NCBI GenBank assembly: GCA_031409655.1
Contig: JANNXQ010000249.1
Location: 1-12,544 of the forward strand
From: Chthoniobacteraceae bacterium
Lineage (GTDB): Bacteria > Verrucomicrobiota > Verrucomicrobiia > Chthoniobacterales > Chthoniobacteraceae
Length of the DNA: 12,544 nt
Reading direction: 5' to 3'
The position numbers and the translations under genes are program-made. Under the pieces are notes generated by a model. The model saw nothing but the letters and a program-made list of their open reading frames with translations, was not told the origin of the DNA and searched no databases. Below are positions 9,878 through 12,544 of the stretch, in pieces. Numbering within the stretch: position 1 is the first letter of the stretch; each line of letters starts with the position of its first letter.

Positions 9878-10007
9878 CTGGGAGCGCCGCCGTCCCGTGC
9901 GGTAATCGTGGCTACGCGCGCAGCGCCCGTGGTCGCTCCACCTCGTCCGGGAAGTGAACGCTCCGCGTTGAGCCTCCGATTGCCGCACGGGACGGCGGCG
10001 CTCCCAG
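9878..10007. repeat. REP/REPIN-like or MITE-like inverted repeat
   Basis: Arms 9878-9908 (CTGGGAGCGCCGCCGTCCCGTGCGGTAATCG) and 9977-10007 are reverse complements at 30/31 nt. It begins 2 nt after the yyaL stop codon. Confidence 0.85.
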
Positions 10008-10217
10008 TCAGGCAACCGCAATGATACCACTTTTTGTCACGCCCGCTTCCCGTCTCACCATTTCGCGGGAAGCGGCGCATTGGAAAAACACGCGCTATGT
10101 CGAAGGGTGGTGGCTATGCAACGAGGCAGATTTTCGAGCCGACGGCGAGCGGCCTACAAGGCCGCGCACGTCTTCCGCCGAAATGTTCTCCGCCCCCACC
10201 CACGCGGACCTGCCCGC

Positions 10218-12410
10218 ATGAAACCCCTCCGCCTTTCCCTACTCGCCGCGCTCGCTTGCCTCGGTGCCCTCTCCGCAGACGCCGGACAGCCGGGCCAGAC
10301 CCAGCAGCTCATTGCGACCGACCAGACGCCCGAGGGCCTCGAGAAATCCGACTGGGCCAGCATCCGCGCGGCGCACACGGCCTGGCAGCACGGTTTCCTG
10401 CCCATCGAAGGCGGCTGGCAGGCGCGCAATCCGGGCCAGCAATGGACGACGAAGTTTGACGCCCGCGGCTTCCTCACCACTCCGAAAGACGGCGGCTGGA
10501 CGTGGGGCCTCGAGCTCCAGAGCTGCGGCGTGGGGGAAAGGCAAACGCCCGTCTCCGGGCAGCCCTCGATGAATGCCGAGGGCCAGCGGCTCACTTACCA
10601 ATTGGATGCCACGCTGCAGGAGTGGTGGGTCAATGACCAGCGCGGGATCGAGCACGGCTACACGCTGGCGCAGCGCCCGCCTTGTAGGGCAACCGCTCCG
10701 GTTGCCGCAGCTGGCGATTCGGCCTTCCTGGCAGGCGGAGCGCCTGCCCTACAACTGCTCCTCTCCACCCGCGCCACGCTCACGCCGAAGGTCACTGAAG
10801 ACGCGCTGGGCGTGGCTTTCACCGATGCCAACGGAGCGACGGTGATCAACTACACGGGGCTGAAAGTGACCGATGCCGACGGTCACGCCCTCGCCTCGCG
10901 CTTCGAGCCGGCGGGGGAAAAGTGCGTGCGCCTCGTGGTGGAGGACCGCGCCGCGCGGCATCCCATCACCATCGATCCCATCGCGCAGCAAGCCTACCTG
11001 AAGCTCGCTGGCGGCAGCGACGTCGGACATGCCCGCGACAGCTTCGGCAGTTCGGTGGCCGTGTCGGGCGAGACAGTAGTCGTCGGGGCTATCGGCGAAG
11101 ACAGCAGTACAACGGGCATCAACAGTACGCCCGACGAGTCTTCCAATGACGCTGGCGCGGCCTACGTCTTCGTGCGCAGCGGAGCGACCTGGAGCCAGCA
11201 GGCCTATCTTAAGCCAGCCATTATTGGCACGACGCAAGCGAATGACTCTTTCGCCCACTCGGTGGCGGTATCGGGCGACACGGTGGTTGTGGGGGCTTAT
11301 GGCGAGGACAGCAGCACGATCGGCATCAACAGCACCCCGAACGAGAGCGCCAGTAACGCTGGCGCGGCTTACGTTTTTGTGCGCAGCGGAACGACTTGGA
11401 GCCAGCAGGCTTACTTGAAGCCTGGCGCCATTGGCGTCTCACAATTGGGCGATAATTTCGGCACCTCGGTGGCGGTGTCGGGCGAAACGGTCGTGGTCGG
11501 GGCACCCTCCGAAAGAAGCGGTACAATAGGCATCAACAGCGTGCCAGATGAAAGTGCGGGCGGTGCCGGAGCGGCGTACGTCTTCGTGCGCGATGGGACT
11601 GCGTGGAGCCAGCAGGCCTATCTTAAGCCCGGCGCCGTCGGCACTACGCAGGAGGCTGACCAGTTCGGCTACTCGGTGGCCGTGTCGGGCGACACGGTCG
11701 TTGTCGGAGCGTGGCAAGAGGACGGGAGCGCCACGGGCATCAACGGCGCACCTGACGAGGCCGCTAGGAGTGCTGGCGCTGCCTACGTTTTCGGGCGGAG
11801 CGGCGCGACGTGGAGCCAGCAGGCCTATCTAAAGCCCGGCGCCGTCGGCACCACACAAGCGAATGACTTTTTCGGATTCTCGGTGGCCCTGGCGGACGAC
11901 ACCGTTGTCGTCGGAGCGATTGGTGAGGCCAGCAACACCACGGGCATTAACGGTACAGCTGACGAGGCCGCTAGTAGTGCCGGCGCAGCCTACGTCTTCG
12001 TGCGCAGCGGTTCGACGTGGAGCCAGCAGGCCTATCTTAAGCCCGCGGCCGTCGGGACCACACAGGCTGGCGAACTATTCGGTTCCTCGGTGGCCGTTTC
12101 GGGCAACACGGTGGTCGTGGGGGCTTTTAACGAAGGCAGCAGCAGCACAGGCATCGACAGCACGCCCGATGAGAACGGCAGCCGCGCCGGTGCGGCCTAC
12201 GTGTTCGTGCGCAGTGGGGCGGCGTGGAGCCAGCAAGCCTACCGCAAGCCTGCGGCCGTCGGCACGTCGCAGGCCGTCGATCAGTTCGGCCTCTCGGTAG
12301 CCGTATCGGGTGATACGGTGATTGTAGGCGCTCCGTACGAGGACAGCAGTACGAAGGGTGTTAATAGTATTCCTAACGAGGGTGCCTTTAGCGCCGGCGC
12401 GGCCTACTGA
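10218..12410 (+). CDS. Secreted FG-GAP / integrin-alpha-like beta-propeller repeat protein, probably 3'-truncated by an IS
   Basis: Signal peptide MKPLRLSLLAALACLGALSADA. The N-domain ends in HPITIDP. Seven QQAYLK...FG.SVAVSG.TVVVGA...AGAAYVF repeats follow, and the ORF stops abruptly at AGAAY*. Confidence 0.88.
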   Translation: MKPLRLSLLAALACLGALSADAGQPGQTQQLIATDQTPEGLEKSDWASIRAAHTAWQHGFLPIEGGWQARNPGQQWTTKFDARGFLTTPKDGGWTWGLELQSCGVGERQTPVSGQPSMNAEGQRLTYQLDATLQEWWVNDQRGIEHGYTLAQRPPCRATAPVAAAGDSAFLAGGAPALQLLLSTRATLTPKVTEDALGVAFTDANGATVINYTGLKVTDADGHALASRFEPAGEKCVRLVVEDRAARHPITIDPIAQQAYLKLAGGSDVGHARDSFGSSVAVSGETVVVGAIGEDSSTTGINSTPDESSNDAGAAYVFVRSGATWSQQAYLKPAIIGTTQANDSFAHSVAVSGDTVVVGAYGEDSSTIGINSTPNESASNAGAAYVFVRSGTTWSQQAYLKPGAIGVSQLGDNFGTSVAVSGETVVVGAPSERSGTIGINSVPDESAGGAGAAYVFVRDGTAWSQQAYLKPGAVGTTQEADQFGYSVAVSGDTVVVGAWQEDGSATGINGAPDEAARSAGAAYVFGRSGATWSQQAYLKPGAVGTTQANDFFGFSVALADDTVVVGAIGEASNTTGINGTADEAASSAGAAYVFVRSGSTWSQQAYLKPAAVGTTQAGELFGSSVAVSGNTVVVGAFNEGSSSTGIDSTPDENGSRAGAAYVFVRSGAAWSQQAYRKPAAVGTSQAVDQFGLSVAVSGDTVIVGAPYEDSSTKGVNSIPNEGAFSAGAAY
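10682..10754. repeat. GTAG-family REP doublet located in-frame inside the FG-GAP gene
   Basis: TTGTAG-GGCAACCG-CTC-CGGTTGCC on the + strand (10682-10706) and TTGTAG-GGCAGGCG-CTC-CGCCTGCC on the - strand (10754-10730). Confidence 0.85.
10986..12407 (+). repeat. Seven tandem 207-bp (69 aa) coding repeats
   Basis: The QQAY codons start at 10986, 11196, 11403, 11610, 11817, 12024 and 12231 (spacing 210, then 207 five times). The seventh copy is incomplete. Confidence 0.95.
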
Positions 12411-12544
12411 GCATTCCAAAAAAGGTTCATAGTCCATCGAGGTTAAGAGTCGATTGGATCCAGAAGGCGCGCAGACAACGCTTCACCTTCCGGACTCGGG
12501 TCAGAGCCTTGGGCGCGGCGCGGCTGAGTTCCCAAAGCTCTTTC
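12407..12544 (-). mobile_element. Probable right end of an IS630-family insertion sequence
   Basis: Repeat similarity stops exactly after the TA at 12405-12406 (GCC TA|CTGAGCATTCCAAAAAAGG). A minus-strand frame ends 20 nt inside this boundary and resembles IS630 transposase C-termini. Confidence 0.65.
12427..12543 (-). CDS. C-terminal 38 aa of a probable IS630-family transposase (partial)
   Basis: My translation is KELWELSRAAPKALTRVRKVKRCLRAFWIQSTLNLDGL*. It resembles the 'L.ELS..AR.AL.R.R....L..AFW.Q..L' tail I recall from IS630 transposases. It is not in the ORF track because it has no start codon in the window. Confidence 0.6.
   Translation of the reverse strand, partial: KELWELSRAAPKALTRVRKVKRCLRAFWIQSTLNLDGL

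Noticed and set aside
10043..10075. 10-bp inverted repeat CCGCTTCCCG / CGGGAAGCGG as a terminator
   Set aside because: It has a 13-nt loop and no adjacent U-tract on the + strand. It could be an operator but nothing supports that.
10080..10217. N-terminal extension of the FG-GAP ORF from TTG 10080
   Set aside because: The extension is Arg-rich and non-protein-like. A clean signal peptide starts at ATG 10218.
10986..12407. 207-bp repeats as a CRISPR array or as DGR VR/TR pairs
   Set aside because: The repeats are in-frame coding units without unique spacers. Their differences include many synonymous changes that are not adenine-specific.

Overview
GC-rich bacterial chromosomal window. The gene families and secreted-protein motifs suggest Verrucomicrobiota (inference). 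In order it contains: (1) the 3' part of a gene with a tail-fibre-like stalk and a C-terminal FGE-sulfatase/C-type-lectin-fold domain, whose last ~45 codons look like a diversity-generating retroelement (DGR) variable region, with no template repeat or reverse transcriptase in the window; (2) two divergent, back-to-back VapBC-type toxin-antitoxin modules bracketed by a short direct repeat; (3) a secreted Ig-like/TSP3-like protein; (4) an orphan DUF1552 gene, a ceramidase-like hydrolase, an Amidase_3 lipoprotein and a YyaL/SSP411 thioredoxin-domain protein; (5) a secreted 7-repeat FG-GAP (integrin-alpha-like) propeller gene that carries an in-frame GTAG-REP doublet and is cut at a TA by what looks like the end of an IS630-family element. 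Three different REP/REPIN-like palindromic elements are present. All family calls come from motif recognition by eye, not from database searches.
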